Below, piece after piece: positions 49,576 to 60,209 of a stretch of DNA of 64,000 nucleotides. The notes under the pieces are model-generated. The model was given only the letters and a program-made list of their open reading frames with translations. It had not been told where the DNA came from and made no database searches. Every line of letters begins with the position of its first letter. Position 1 is the stretch's first letter. The translations under genes were made by a program, and so were the position numbers. Origin of the DNA: an uncultured Gammaproteobacteria bacterium (GTDB lineage: Bacteria > Patescibacteriota > Microgenomatia > UBA8517); NCBI GenBank assembly GCA_964617045.1, contig CAZTVZ010000002.1:76095-140094 (forward strand), read 5' to 3'.

Positions 49576-51008
49576 TGATTAATTTAATTCTTACTGCCCT
49601 AACTGGATTTTTGGTTAGAATGTTTCGGATAACCGAATCTTTTTGGCATGATGAGGCGATTGGGATATCAATAGTAGAGAGATACTCTTTACAAGAAATT
49701 ATTTCGAATTACCTTCCTTTAGATAACCATCCTCCCCTTTATTATCTGACCCTTGATATATGGACAAACATTTTCGGATACAGTGAACTTTGGATTCGAT
49801 TATTGTCGGTATTCTTGGGTATTGGCACCATTGTTCTTGTCTACTATATATACCAAGAAATATCCGGCAAAAAATCCGTATTGGCAAGCCTGCTTCTTGC
49901 AATATCCCCTTTGTTTATCTACTTCACGCAGGAGGCAAGAATGTACAGTATGGCTGCATTTTTTACCTCTCTGGCAGTTTTGTTCTTTTTAAGAACTTTT
50001 GGTAAACATAATCCTTGGAATTACTTATGGTTTGCGGTAGGACTTTTGGGAATGTTTTTCTCCGACTACATGCCGGTATTCATGTACCCGGTATTTATCA
50101 TTTTTGCGATAATCAGAAAACAAAAATGGTCTTGGTGGAAATGGTTTTTACTCTCACATATACCACTTCTGGTATTTGGAGTTATGTGGATTCCGATTTT
50201 ATTACAGCAATTATCGAGCATGAGCCAGCAAGTTCAGGTATTCCCCATGTGGAAGCAATTGGTTGGTGGTTTTTCGATTAAACACATCTTACTGCTTCCG
50301 ATAAAAATGATTGTTGGAATGACCAATTTTGAAAACAAAAATATCTATTATGGAATGGTTCTAGTTGCTTCGATCCCTTACGTTTACGTTTTGGCAAAAG
50401 GATTAAACAGTTTCAAGAAGAATATTCTCGTTTGGCTTTGGCTGTTGGTACCCCCAGCTCTGGCATTTATTGTATCCTCGGTTGTTCCCGTGTTTAACTT
50501 TTTTAGATTTATATATATTCTTCCCGCTTTTGCTTTGCTTCTTGCCGTTAATGCCAAGAATGAGAACTTTGGGAAATTAAGTAATTATGTTATTCCCACA
50601 CTCCTGATTATTCCTTCGTTTTTCCATGTTTATTATCAGACTAAATCAATTACATATCGTGAGAACTGGAAACAAGCAGTACAAGATGTCGAATCGAGAA
50701 TAAAGGATGATGAAATAGTTCTCTTGGAATACCCACATACTTTACCCGGATATTATTGGTATTCACAAAAGAAAGACATGGTATTGCCTGCAATAACAAA
50801 ATTCCAAAACACGAAAGAAGAAATTGACGCATATATTCCCGAGATAACAAAGAATGTTAATGGAATATATTACTTTGAATATTTGCGGGATGTGACAGAT
50901 CCTCAGAGATTAGTTGAAAGAGTCCTTCTACAGGAGGGCTTTCAGACTGCTGATATTCTTGACGGATTTTCGGGTGTTGGCCAGGTAACTTACTTTAAGC
51001 GTAAATAG
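49575..51008 (+). CDS. GT-C glycosyltransferase, GT39/GT83-like
   Basis: TAATG overlap. 'ITESFWHDEAIGISIVERY' DE motif after TM1, about 12 TM segments, C-terminal soluble domain. Confidence 0.5.
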   Translation: MINLILTALTGFLVRMFRITESFWHDEAIGISIVERYSLQEIISNYLPLDNHPPLYYLTLDIWTNIFGYSELWIRLLSVFLGIGTIVLVYYIYQEISGKKSVLASLLLAISPLFIYFTQEARMYSMAAFFTSLAVLFFLRTFGKHNPWNYLWFAVGLLGMFFSDYMPVFMYPVFIIFAIIRKQKWSWWKWFLLSHIPLLVFGVMWIPILLQQLSSMSQQVQVFPMWKQLVGGFSIKHILLLPIKMIVGMTNFENKNIYYGMVLVASIPYVYVLAKGLNSFKKNILVWLWLLVPPALAFIVSSVVPVFNFFRFIYILPAFALLLAVNAKNENFGKLSNYVIPTLLIIPSFFHVYYQTKSITYRENWKQAVQDVESRIKDDEIVLLEYPHTLPGYYWYSQKKDMVLPAITKFQNTKEEIDAYIPEITKNVNGIYYFEYLRDVTDPQRLVERVLLQEGFQTADILDGFSGVGQVTYFKRK

Positions 51009-51023
51009 CAAGTATAATAGGCT

Positions 51024-52103
51024 ATGCGCATTGGAATAGATATCTCTCAAATTGTCTACGGTACGGGTGTCTCTTTTTATACAAAAGAATTAGTCAAGAA
51101 TCTTCTTCGTTATGATAGAGAAAACGAGTATGTTCTTTACGGGGGATCTTTGCGACGAATCCCCGATCTTAAATCGTTTTCCTCATCTTTGGCGGGGAAA
51201 TTCACAACTAAGTTTTTGCCGATCCCTCCCTCAATTGCTGATTTTCTTTGGAACCAGATTCATTTCCCCAAGATTGAAAAATTTACGGGACAATTGGATG
51301 TATATCATTCTTCGGATTGGACACAGGCCCCGAGTGATGCCTTTAAGGTTACAACCATTCACGATATGGCACCTTTTAAGTATCCCCAGTTTACAAACAA
51401 AAAAATTATTGAAGTTCATAAAAGAAGGCTTAATTGGATTAATAAAGAAGCAGATAGAATTATAGTTCCTTCAAACGCAACCAAGAATGATTTGGTAAAG
51501 CTTGGTATGGATGAAGAAAAGATCAGGGTTATTTATGAAGCTCCGGGAGAAATATTCAAACCCGCTTTGAAAAGCGAAATAGAATCCATTAAAAGAAAGT
51601 ATAAGATCCCGGGAGAGTATGTGTTTGTTGTAGGTGTGGGTGGAAGGAAAAACACGGACAAAACCATAAGTGCCTTCGAGCTTGCAAGAGCGGGGAAAAA
51701 TTTAACTCTCGTATTGGCCGGAAAAGGAAGTGAAATATACACCAACGAAAGAAACATTAGAGGAGTCGGGCAGGTCGGAGACAAAGAACTTGCTACTCTT
51801 TACTCCGGTGCAAGTGCTCTTGTCTATGCTTCTCTTTACGAAGGGTTTGGGTTGGTTATTTTGCAGGCTTTTGCTTGCGGATGCCCTGTTGTAACATCAA
51901 ATAAATCAAGCATGAAAGAGATTGCTGGAGACGCTGCCGTTTTGGTTGATCCAGATAGTGTTGGATCCATTGTCGAAGGCCTTAAAAAGGCTCTTGCGGG
52001 TCCACAAGGATTAATTAAAAAGGGTTCCGAGAGAGTAAAAGAATTCTCTTGGGAAAAAGCTGCAAGAGAAACAATAAATGTCTACAAGGAGGCTATAAAA
52101 TGA
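51024..52103 (+). CDS. Glycosyltransferase family 4
   Basis: 'YEGFGLVILQAFACGCPVVTSNKSSMKEIAGDAAVLVDP'. Confidence 0.75.
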   Translation: MRIGIDISQIVYGTGVSFYTKELVKNLLRYDRENEYVLYGGSLRRIPDLKSFSSSLAGKFTTKFLPIPPSIADFLWNQIHFPKIEKFTGQLDVYHSSDWTQAPSDAFKVTTIHDMAPFKYPQFTNKKIIEVHKRRLNWINKEADRIIVPSNATKNDLVKLGMDEEKIRVIYEAPGEIFKPALKSEIESIKRKYKIPGEYVFVVGVGGRKNTDKTISAFELARAGKNLTLVLAGKGSEIYTNERNIRGVGQVGDKELATLYSGASALVYASLYEGFGLVILQAFACGCPVVTSNKSSMKEIAGDAAVLVDPDSVGSIVEGLKKALAGPQGLIKKGSERVKEFSWEKAARETINVYKEAIK

Positions 52104-53221
52104 TAATAGGGATAGACGGTAACGAAGCAAACATTCAAAATAGGGTTGGAGTAAACCAATACGGGTACGAACTCCTGCATTCTCTGCGAAAACTACAGGA
52201 AGAATGGAAGAATTCGCATAAGGTCATAGTTTTCCTTAAAAACGAGCCTCTTCCCGACATGCCCAAGCCTTCTGAACACTTTAAGTATAAGGTTCTTCCG
52301 GGTGGAGGAGCATGGATAATAAAAACTCTTACTCCTTATTTGTTTAAGGCTAAAGACAAACCTGATATATTTTTCTCGCCTAGCCACTATGTTCCCCCAA
52401 TATCTCCTGTGCCAATGGTGTGCTCGATTATGGACCTCGGATACCTCGTATTTTCGGGACAATTTAAAAAATATGACTTCTGGCAGTTAACTTTGTGGAG
52501 TGCTTATTCGATATTGGTATCAAAACGGGTCATAGCGATATCAAATAGTACAAAGAAAGACATTGTACGACACTATCCCTTTGCCTCGAGAAAGACGGTT
52601 GTTACCCTACTGGCGTATGATAATAAAACTTTCAATCTGAACGTTCCCGAAAAAGATGTGCGACGTATCCGAAAAACCTACTCTATAGTCGATGACTATA
52701 TCTTGTACCTTTCAACCTTGAAGCCAAGCAAGAATGTCGAGGGTCTTTTGGAGGCGTACAGTAAAATTAAGAATGCCCCCACACTTGTAATAGCAGGAAA
52801 GAAAGGGTGGCTTTACGAATCCATTTTTGAAAAGGTTCAAAATCTTGGTATTGAAAGTAAAGTTATTTTTACGGACTTTATTCCAGACGAAGACAGGGCT
52901 CCTTTAATCGCCGGAGCAAAACTTTTTGTTCTTCCTTCTTTTTGGGAGGGATTTGGTCTCGATGTTCTCAATGCCATGGCATGTGGAGTGCCTGTTGTGT
53001 GTTCGAATGTCGGTAGTTTGCCGGAGGTGGCAGGGGAAGCGGGTATTTTGGTTGACCCGTATAATATGGATAGTATTAAAGAGGGAATTGAAAAAGTGCT
53101 TTCGATGAACTCAACAGAATATACTAGAATAGTAGAGAAGGGTTTGGAACAGGTTAAAAAGTTTTCTTGGGAGAAAACTGTCAGAGAAACCCTAAAGGTA
53201 TTGGAAAATGTTCAGAGATAG
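52100..53221 (+). CDS. Glycosyltransferase family 4
   Basis: ATG at 52100 (ATGA overlap) gives 'MIIGIDGNEA'. 'WEGFGLDVLNAMACGVPVVCSNVGSLPEVAGEAGILVDP'. Confidence 0.75.
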   Translation: MIIGIDGNEANIQNRVGVNQYGYELLHSLRKLQEEWKNSHKVIVFLKNEPLPDMPKPSEHFKYKVLPGGGAWIIKTLTPYLFKAKDKPDIFFSPSHYVPPISPVPMVCSIMDLGYLVFSGQFKKYDFWQLTLWSAYSILVSKRVIAISNSTKKDIVRHYPFASRKTVVTLLAYDNKTFNLNVPEKDVRRIRKTYSIVDDYILYLSTLKPSKNVEGLLEAYSKIKNAPTLVIAGKKGWLYESIFEKVQNLGIESKVIFTDFIPDEDRAPLIAGAKLFVLPSFWEGFGLDVLNAMACGVPVVCSNVGSLPEVAGEAGILVDPYNMDSIKEGIEKVLSMNSTEYTRIVEKGLEQVKKFSWEKTVRETLKVLENVQR

Positions 53222-53801
53222 AATGGGAAATAAACTTTCCTTCGGGAAAGTAATAGAAAAAGTGGGAAATAGAATATATTCCTACTTTGCCGACTTTGGA
53301 TTAATGCTTATCAGGTGGGTCGGACATATTCCTTTTCATTTTGTGCGCAACATTGTTTATCGTATCTCGGGAATGAAATTGGGAAAACGGGCAACTATTC
53401 ATATGTGGGCAAGTTTCTTTAATCTAAAAAATATCGAGATAGGTGAGGGAACCATTATAGGTGATCATGCATTTTTGGATGGCAGGGCAAAATTGAAAAT
53501 AGGGAAAGAAGTGGATATCGCTTCTTCGATTATGATTTACAATTCCGAACATGATTTAACAAGTGACGACTTCCACGCAATTACCGAACCGGTTGAAATT
53601 GGAGACCACGTATTTATCGGTCCGCGGGTTACAATAATGCCCGGGGTGAAAATTGGTGACGGGGCGGTTGTTGCCGGAGGAGCGGTTGTTGTTAAGGGTG
53701 TTCCCGAAAGAGCAATCGTAGGTGGAGTACCCGCAAAAGAAATCGGAGAAAGAAAAGGATCCCTTGACTATAAACTTGGTAGAGCAAGGTTGTTCCAATA
53801 A
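53208..53801 (+). CDS. Hexapeptide-repeat (LbH) sugar O-acetyltransferase
   Basis: Left-handed beta-helix repeats 'IGDHVFIGPRVTIMPGVKIGDGAVVAGGAVVVKGVPERAIVGGVPAK'. Alternative in-frame ATG at 53223. Confidence 0.75.
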   Translation: MFRDRMGNKLSFGKVIEKVGNRIYSYFADFGLMLIRWVGHIPFHFVRNIVYRISGMKLGKRATIHMWASFFNLKNIEIGEGTIIGDHAFLDGRAKLKIGKEVDIASSIMIYNSEHDLTSDDFHAITEPVEIGDHVFIGPRVTIMPGVKIGDGAVVAGGAVVVKGVPERAIVGGVPAKEIGERKGSLDYKLGRARLFQ

Positions 53802-54370
53802 TGCTTAAAAAATTTCTCTTTCTTTTTTATTGTCTTTTCTCTTTGTTTTTTTTAATCTATCTGGTTGTACCTGGACCCGACAGTATTACTGACTTTCCCC
53901 CTCTTCCTACTTCTTTAAAATCTTCTCTTGAAGGAGATACTATCCAGGTGCCGAATGTCTCTGCATATTTTTCCGACAATTTCAGAAACGAGGCGGTCAA
54001 GTACTATAAAGATGCATATCAGAAGAACACTCCTTTTTTCTTTCCACCCTTGAGGCTTAACCATCCTCCTGAATATGCCTATACAGTGATTAAAGATCAA
54101 ACCGAAAGTACATACATTGAAGAATATACTTATCCTTTCAGGGATTCATTGTATGTTAACGGAATGGAGCCTGTGAACGAAGACGGAACCCCCAGGTTTA
54201 CCGGAGCATCTAAATATAAAATCGATGACGTGGAATATTCCACCAAAGTCACACTTAGATACTACCCTTCAAATATCGTAAGCAGATTAATTCTATGGGT
54301 GGGAATTAATTTTTCAATTATTATTCTTTATGTGACTGGAAGGAGGCTTTTTGCAAATGGCCAAACTTGA
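53801..54370 (+). CDS. Hypothetical protein with N-terminal signal-anchor TM
   Basis: TAATG overlap. 189 aa: an N-terminal hydrophobic segment, a soluble domain and a C-terminal TM. No family recognised. Confidence 0.3.
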   Translation: MLKKFLFLFYCLFSLFFLIYLVVPGPDSITDFPPLPTSLKSSLEGDTIQVPNVSAYFSDNFRNEAVKYYKDAYQKNTPFFFPPLRLNHPPEYAYTVIKDQTESTYIEEYTYPFRDSLYVNGMEPVNEDGTPRFTGASKYKIDDVEYSTKVTLRYYPSNIVSRLILWVGINFSIIILYVTGRRLFANGQT

Positions 54371-55256
54371 ATTAATTTTTCTTAATTACAAAACGGCGGA
54401 AATGACAATGGATGCAATAAAAAGCATTTATGACAATCCTCCAGATTGTTCGTATCGTGTATGGCTTGTGGACAATGCATCAAACGATGGGTCCTTGGAG
54501 AAAATAAAGAAAGCTTTTCCTGAGGTTAAAACAATTGCCAATCCGGAAAACTCCGGTTTTGCGATTGGAAATAATCTTGCCATCAAAGAGGCGTATCCCG
54601 ATGGAGAGTATTATCTCCTAATAAATACGGATACCATTGTATACAAGGATTCACTTAATGCGCTTGTTAAGTTCGCGGACAAATCGGATCATGGGATAGT
54701 AAGCTGTTATCTCACCAATCCAGACGGATCGTTTCAACCCAACTGTGGAGATCTTCCTACATTTATTCCGATGATGACATGGTTAACGGGAATTGACGAT
54801 TTATTTAAAAAGGTAGTAAATATTCCTTCCTATCATCAGGAAAGTAAAAAGTATTATGTTGATGGAAAAACAGTTGGATGGATATCCGGATCGGTATTTT
54901 TGATCAAAAAAGAAACAATAGAGAAAATCGGAATGCTTGACGAAAAAATATTTATGTACGGAGAAGATGTTGAATATTGCTGGAAAGCAAAAAGAGCTGG
55001 AATAAGCTGTGGGTGGACGGATAAAGGAAAAATACTGCACATCGGAGGAGCAAGTTCAGATAAACCGAAATTGAGACAGTGGGCGGGGGAGTTTAAAGGA
55101 TTATTTTACCTGTATAAAAAGTTTTATGGATTCGTTCCTTCTCTCGCAGTACGATTAATGTCGTACGTTTTTATTTTTCTAAGAGCTATAGCATTTATGT
55201 TAATGGGTAAATTTGATCATGCAAAAACATATGTCCAAGTTATCGGAAATATTTGA
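54357..55256 (+). CDS. Glycosyltransferase family 2 (rhamnosyltransferase-like)
   Basis: ATG at 54357. 'LELIFLNYKTAEMTMDAIKSI', 'VWLVDNASNDGS', 'INTDT', 'YGEDVEYCWKA'. Confidence 0.75.
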   Translation: MAKLELIFLNYKTAEMTMDAIKSIYDNPPDCSYRVWLVDNASNDGSLEKIKKAFPEVKTIANPENSGFAIGNNLAIKEAYPDGEYYLLINTDTIVYKDSLNALVKFADKSDHGIVSCYLTNPDGSFQPNCGDLPTFIPMMTWLTGIDDLFKKVVNIPSYHQESKKYYVDGKTVGWISGSVFLIKKETIEKIGMLDEKIFMYGEDVEYCWKAKRAGISCGWTDKGKILHIGGASSDKPKLRQWAGEFKGLFYLYKKFYGFVPSLAVRLMSYVFIFLRAIAFMLMGKFDHAKTYVQVIGNI

Positions 55257-56682
55257 AAAAGTTCTCTATTGGGCGGTACTTGTTCTAATACTGTTCATAC
55301 CGCTATTTATGAAGTTCCCCCTCTTGGGGGTACAGGGAACGTTTGTTTCCGTAAGATCCGAAGATATTCTTATTGCTGCCACTTATCTTGTATGGCTACT
55401 TTATTTGATTGTATCGGGAAAAATAAAAGTATTTTTTAAAGATAAACTACATATAACTTTCTTGGTATTCTTTATTGTGGGTTTTGTTTCACTATTTTCG
55501 GCTGCATATATCACATATACGGCAGGTATTAAATTGGGGCTACTACACTTCTTAAGAAGGATAGAAATGATAATGCTTCTTCCGATGGTTGCATCAATAA
55601 TTAAAAATAAAAAGCAGGCATATTTCTATCTTTTTTCATTATCTTTGGTGGTATTTATTGTTAATTTTTATGCTTTGGGGCAGAAATTTCTTCAGTTCCC
55701 GGCTGTTTCTACAACCAATTCGGAGCTATCAAAAGGCGTCGTCTACTATATTCAACCTTTTGACAGAATAATATCTACATTCGGTGGGCACTATGACCTT
55801 GCCGTATTTTTATTAATGTTCTTGTCGATTGCTTCGGCAACCGTCATTTATACGTTAAAAAAGAAAACTGTTTTGGGAATTTGGCTTTTAGGTCTTGCGG
55901 GTATTTCAGGAGTAATACTTGTGATGACGGCAGCCAGGCTTTCATTCTTTGCCGCGATATTCGGGATTATTGCTGGACTGATCTTTTCTGGAAACAAGAA
56001 ATTTATTTTGGGAATTGTTATCCTCGCAACAATTGCGGTCGCATATCCTTCACAGCTTAGAGATCGACTTGTTTCTACCTTTACGGTAACAATTAAAAGA
56101 AGTTGGGACGGTTATTTTTCGAACAAAGACGAAAACTCGGGTAGGTCAAAATTAAACATTCCGACACTTCCTTTAACGTGGGAACAGCAAGCAAAAGAAG
56201 AATCATCGAATTCGGCTCAGGTTAATACCGGGGAACCTGCAGATATTGTACCCGGAGAGCCCGTAGATTCTACGGATTTGGGTGTATATCGATCTTTTGA
56301 AATACGAATACGCGCTGAGTGGCCGCGAGCTATACGTGCTTTTACCAAGAATCCCTTGTTGGGTACGGGATACTCCTCGATCGGTTTGGCAACGGATAAT
56401 GATTACCTAAGACTATTGGGAGAAATCGGAATACTTGGTGCAACGGCTTTCTTCTTTGTTCTTTACGAGGTAATAAGGAGAGTTGTTATGGTATTCAAAA
56501 ACTCGGATGGATTTACCAAATATCTCGCCGCAGGAGTACTTGCTATGATTACAGCTTTTCTTATAAATGCTTTGTTTATCGATGTGTTTGAAGCAAGTAA
56601 AACGGCATCTTTATTCTGGATTATTCTGGGAATTACTTTGGGGTTATATAATATCGAATATGGGAATAAAAAAGATAATTGA
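55219..56682 (+). CDS. O-antigen ligase/Wzy-like polymerase family membrane protein
   Basis: About 11 TM segments plus a large loop. 'NPLLGTGYSSIGLATDNDYLRLLGEIGILG' matches the Wzy_C signature. ATG starts at 55219 or 55231. Confidence 0.6.
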   Translation: MQKHMSKLSEIFEKVLYWAVLVLILFIPLFMKFPLLGVQGTFVSVRSEDILIAATYLVWLLYLIVSGKIKVFFKDKLHITFLVFFIVGFVSLFSAAYITYTAGIKLGLLHFLRRIEMIMLLPMVASIIKNKKQAYFYLFSLSLVVFIVNFYALGQKFLQFPAVSTTNSELSKGVVYYIQPFDRIISTFGGHYDLAVFLLMFLSIASATVIYTLKKKTVLGIWLLGLAGISGVILVMTAARLSFFAAIFGIIAGLIFSGNKKFILGIVILATIAVAYPSQLRDRLVSTFTVTIKRSWDGYFSNKDENSGRSKLNIPTLPLTWEQQAKEESSNSAQVNTGEPADIVPGEPVDSTDLGVYRSFEIRIRAEWPRAIRAFTKNPLLGTGYSSIGLATDNDYLRLLGEIGILGATAFFFVLYEVIRRVVMVFKNSDGFTKYLAAGVLAMITAFLINALFIDVFEASKTASLFWIILGITLGLYNIEYGNKKDN

Positions 56683-58123
56683 ATCAAAAGCCTTTAGGAT
56701 AACAGTATTAATAGGAATAATTATTGGAGCCTTTATAGTTAGGTTATATAAAATTAACGAACCGTTGGCTGATTGGCATTCCTGGAGACAAGTAGATACG
56801 GCATCAGTCTCAAGAACATATGTTGAACAAGGAATTGATCTTCTAAACCCCCGATACCATGATGTTTCAAGTATTCAAACGGGTATACCCAATCCCAAAG
56901 GACTTCGTTTGGTTGAATTACCAATATTTAATGTAATTCATGCTTTTTTGACAATTAGTTTCCCAAATTTATCTTTGGAGTTTTGGGGAAGAATGACATC
57001 AATAATATTTTCCTTGTTCTCGGTTTTGTTCTTATTTTTATTGGGAGAAAGATACATCGGAAAATGGGGCGGAATACTTGCGGCATTTTTCTTTGCCTTT
57101 ATTCCGTTCAATATTTTCTACAGTAGGGTGATTCTTCCTGAGCCAACCGCTGTTGCATTGTCGTTGGGTGCATTGTGGTTTTTTTCTCAATTTATCGAAA
57201 AAGACAATCAAACTTATCTTTACATATCTGCCGTTGTGTTTTGTTTGGCACTTCTCGTAAAACCGTTTTCAATTTTCTATGCCGTACCGATGATTTGGCT
57301 TATCAGAAATAAATGGGGGGATATTACTTATGTATTTAAAAATTCCAAGCTTCTTATTAAGTTTTTGATATTTGCCAACATTATCCTTGTTCCCATTCTT
57401 CTTTGGAGATATTTACTGTCACTTCACCCCGAAGGTGTTCCTTTCTTTACATGGGCTTTTAATGGTGACCATATTCGTTTTAGGCCATCATTCTGGAGAT
57501 GGATATTTGCAGAAAGATTGGGAAAGATGATTCTGGGTATATGGGGTATAGTACCTTTTATTTTTTCCATTATTCAAAAGGGGAAAAGTGATTTTGTGAG
57601 ATATTTCATGATCGGAGCATTTTTATATGTATCGACTATTGCAACAGCAAACGTGAGACACGATTATTATCAAACGTTTATTATTCCGATGGTAGCTTTT
57701 GGTGTTGCAGCGGGGGGATATTATCTTTGGAATCAAAACATATTCAACAAATTAATTACCAGAACGCTATTTGTCTTTTCAACTTTACTGATGTTGATGG
57801 TCGGATATTTCCAGGTTATCGATTTATATAATATTAACCATCCGGAAATAATTCGTGTTGGAGCAAGAGTAGACGAAATAACACCCAAAGATTCTTTGGT
57901 TGTTGCACCGTATAACGGAGATACGGCATTTTTGTACCAAACCAAAAGATGGGGATGGCCGGCTGTTGATTCCGATATCGATAATATTATTGCCAGAGGA
58001 GCAGATTATTATGTTTCGGTTAATTATGACGATGACACAAATAAATTTATGAAAAGATTTGTAACGGTTGAGAAAACTCCAGAATATATTATCCTTGATT
58101 TACATAAGGAGATATCACAATGA
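56660..58123 (+). CDS. Polytopic membrane protein, GT-C-like
   Basis: ATG at 56660 (the track starts at 56567, inside the upstream gene). 'LADWHSWRQVDTASVSRTYVEQGID' loop motif, about 11 TM segments, soluble C-terminus. Confidence 0.45.
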   Translation: MGIKKIIESKAFRITVLIGIIIGAFIVRLYKINEPLADWHSWRQVDTASVSRTYVEQGIDLLNPRYHDVSSIQTGIPNPKGLRLVELPIFNVIHAFLTISFPNLSLEFWGRMTSIIFSLFSVLFLFLLGERYIGKWGGILAAFFFAFIPFNIFYSRVILPEPTAVALSLGALWFFSQFIEKDNQTYLYISAVVFCLALLVKPFSIFYAVPMIWLIRNKWGDITYVFKNSKLLIKFLIFANIILVPILLWRYLLSLHPEGVPFFTWAFNGDHIRFRPSFWRWIFAERLGKMILGIWGIVPFIFSIIQKGKSDFVRYFMIGAFLYVSTIATANVRHDYYQTFIIPMVAFGVAAGGYYLWNQNIFNKLITRTLFVFSTLLMLMVGYFQVIDLYNINHPEIIRVGARVDEITPKDSLVVAPYNGDTAFLYQTKRWGWPAVDSDIDNIIARGADYYVSVNYDDDTNKFMKRFVTVEKTPEYIILDLHKEISQ

Positions 58124-59307
58124 AAGTATTAATGCTTACTCCATACCTTCCCTTCCCACCTCTTTCGGGTGGACAGACAAGATCATATAACCTTATTAAG
58201 AATCTGTCGAAACACCACGAAATAACGCTATTTTCTCTAATTAAGGACGACTCGGAAAAGAAATATGTCAAAGAGCTGGAAAAATACTGTAAAAAGGTAA
58301 GAGTTTTTAAAAGATCCAAATCTCCATGGACACTCAGAAATATTTTACTTACCGGTTTCTCTCAATACCCATTCCTGGTTATCAGAAATTTGGTTCCTGA
58401 AGAAAAAAGGGCAGTTGAGCAGGAATTAAAAAAAGAAAAATATGATCTGATTCATGCAGAGTGTTTTTATGTAATGCCTCATATTCCTAAAACAAACATT
58501 CCGATTTTGATGGTAGAGCAGACAATAGAATATTCGGTATATAAACACTTTGTTGAAGACCAGGCTCCTTTTCTGATCAGACCACTTCTGTGGTTGGATG
58601 TTCTTAAATTGAAACATTGGGAAACGACTATATGGAAATCGGCAGACAAAGTGGTTGCAATGTCTGATTCGGACAAAAAAGCAATGACAGGACTTGTACC
58701 CGGACTTAATATCGATATTGTCCCGAACGGAATAGACATTGAATATTTTTCCAGAGAACAAAAAGAGACTCAGGATCACCCCAAAGTTTTATATGTGGGA
58801 AACTTTAAATGGTTACAAAATGTTGAAGCTGTCGATCTTCTTATTGACGAAGTATGGCCGAAAATGAAGAAAGCCATACCGAATCTGAAACTATGGATCG
58901 TTGGGATGAATATTACCGATGGAATAAAAGAAAAAGCAGTAGGTGATATTGAAATAACGGAAGCGATACCTGATATAAGAGATGCATATTCGAGTGCAAC
59001 TGTTCTTGTCACTCCGATTAAGGGACCGGGAGGAACAAGGCTTAAAATACTGGAAGCAATGGCTTCCGGAATGCCTATCGCAACCACCTCGGTAGGTGCA
59101 GAGGGATTGGAAGTAACCAACGGTGAACAAATGCTTATATCCGACGACATGGACGAATTGGCAAACAAAGCCGTGCAAATAATTAAAGATAAAGAACTTG
59201 CCAAAAAACTGGGTAATAACGCCAGAAAATTTGTGAGAGAAAAGTTTTCTTGGGAGATAAGTGCAAATGCTCTTGATAAAATATATAAAGAGGCAACCAA
59301 AAAATGA
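58120..59307 (+). CDS. Glycosyltransferase family 4
   Basis: ATGA overlap. 'PYLPFPPLSGGQTRSYNL', 'GTRLKILEAMASGMPIATTSVGAEGL'. Confidence 0.75.
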   Translation: MKVLMLTPYLPFPPLSGGQTRSYNLIKNLSKHHEITLFSLIKDDSEKKYVKELEKYCKKVRVFKRSKSPWTLRNILLTGFSQYPFLVIRNLVPEEKRAVEQELKKEKYDLIHAECFYVMPHIPKTNIPILMVEQTIEYSVYKHFVEDQAPFLIRPLLWLDVLKLKHWETTIWKSADKVVAMSDSDKKAMTGLVPGLNIDIVPNGIDIEYFSREQKETQDHPKVLYVGNFKWLQNVEAVDLLIDEVWPKMKKAIPNLKLWIVGMNITDGIKEKAVGDIEITEAIPDIRDAYSSATVLVTPIKGPGGTRLKILEAMASGMPIATTSVGAEGLEVTNGEQMLISDDMDELANKAVQIIKDKELAKKLGNNARKFVREKFSWEISANALDKIYKEATKK

Positions 59308-60209
59308 GTAGACCTGAACTTTCGATAGTAATTCTTAATTACAATACACGCGATCTTACTCTGGACTGTTTGGCTTCCTTGAGAAAAGTAAAAAACGAAT
59401 CGGATTTTGAAATTATCCTTTGTGACAACGGTTCTTCGGATGGTTCGGTAGAAGCAATTAAAGAAAAATACCCGGAAGTAATTATTATTGAGAATAATGC
59501 CAACTTGGGATTTGCCAAAGGAAACAATGCCGCAAAAAACATTGCCAAGGGTGAATATATTCTTTTCCTAAATACCGACACTATTGTATATAAAGATACA
59601 ATCAGAAAGACCCTGGATTATCTTAAAGAACATAAAGATGTTGGAGCAGTAACATGCAAATTGGTTCTCAATGACGGTTCTTTGGACAAAGATGCGAGAA
59701 GATCTTTCCCTACGCCATGGGTATCTTTTACACACTTGGCACTTCCGCTGGATCGACTATTTCCCAAATCAAAACTTTTTGCCAGGTACTGGTATGGATA
59801 TATTTCTCCCGACACAACTCACGATGCGGACGTATTGCAAGGAGCTTATTTCCTTGCACCAAAGAAACTGCTTGATGAGGTAGGATGGTTTGACGAGGAT
59901 TATTTCCTGGACGGAGAAGATATCGATTTATGTTGGAAAATAAAGGAAAAAGGATATCGTTTGGTATATTATCCGGAAGTATCCATTCTTCACCTTAAGG
60001 GTGCGACCAAAGGAAAAACAAAAAAGGTTCAACGCAGCAAAATCTCTTTAAAAGACAAAATGAAATTTAGAATGTCGGGGGTAAACTCGATGGAGATATT
60101 TTATCGAAAAAGAATGTGGAAGCATTATCCAATGACCGTTAACATACTGGTAATTATCGGAATTAAAACTATTAAGCTTTTAAGAATTATTAAACTTATC
60201 CTCCAATGA
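59304..60209 (+). CDS. Glycosyltransferase family 2 (rhamnosyltransferase-like)
   Basis: ATGA overlap. 'LSIVILNYNTRDLTLDCLASL', 'IILCDNGSSDGS', 'LNTDT', 'LDGEDIDLCWK'. Confidence 0.75.
   Translation: MSRPELSIVILNYNTRDLTLDCLASLRKVKNESDFEIILCDNGSSDGSVEAIKEKYPEVIIIENNANLGFAKGNNAAKNIAKGEYILFLNTDTIVYKDTIRKTLDYLKEHKDVGAVTCKLVLNDGSLDKDARRSFPTPWVSFTHLALPLDRLFPKSKLFARYWYGYISPDTTHDADVLQGAYFLAPKKLLDEVGWFDEDYFLDGEDIDLCWKIKEKGYRLVYYPEVSILHLKGATKGKTKKVQRSKISLKDKMKFRMSGVNSMEIFYRKRMWKHYPMTVNILVIIGIKTIKLLRIIKLILQ

Noticed and set aside
58776-59300. Minus-strand ORFs of 60-174 aa throughout the window (for example 58776..59300, 62045..62413, 63322..63759, 12362..12676, 3058..3555)
   Set aside because: Every one lies antisense within a + strand gene that has strong family motifs. 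Their translations are low-complexity (Ser/Ile/Phe-rich) with no recognisable domains. They are best explained as AT-rich shadow ORFs.
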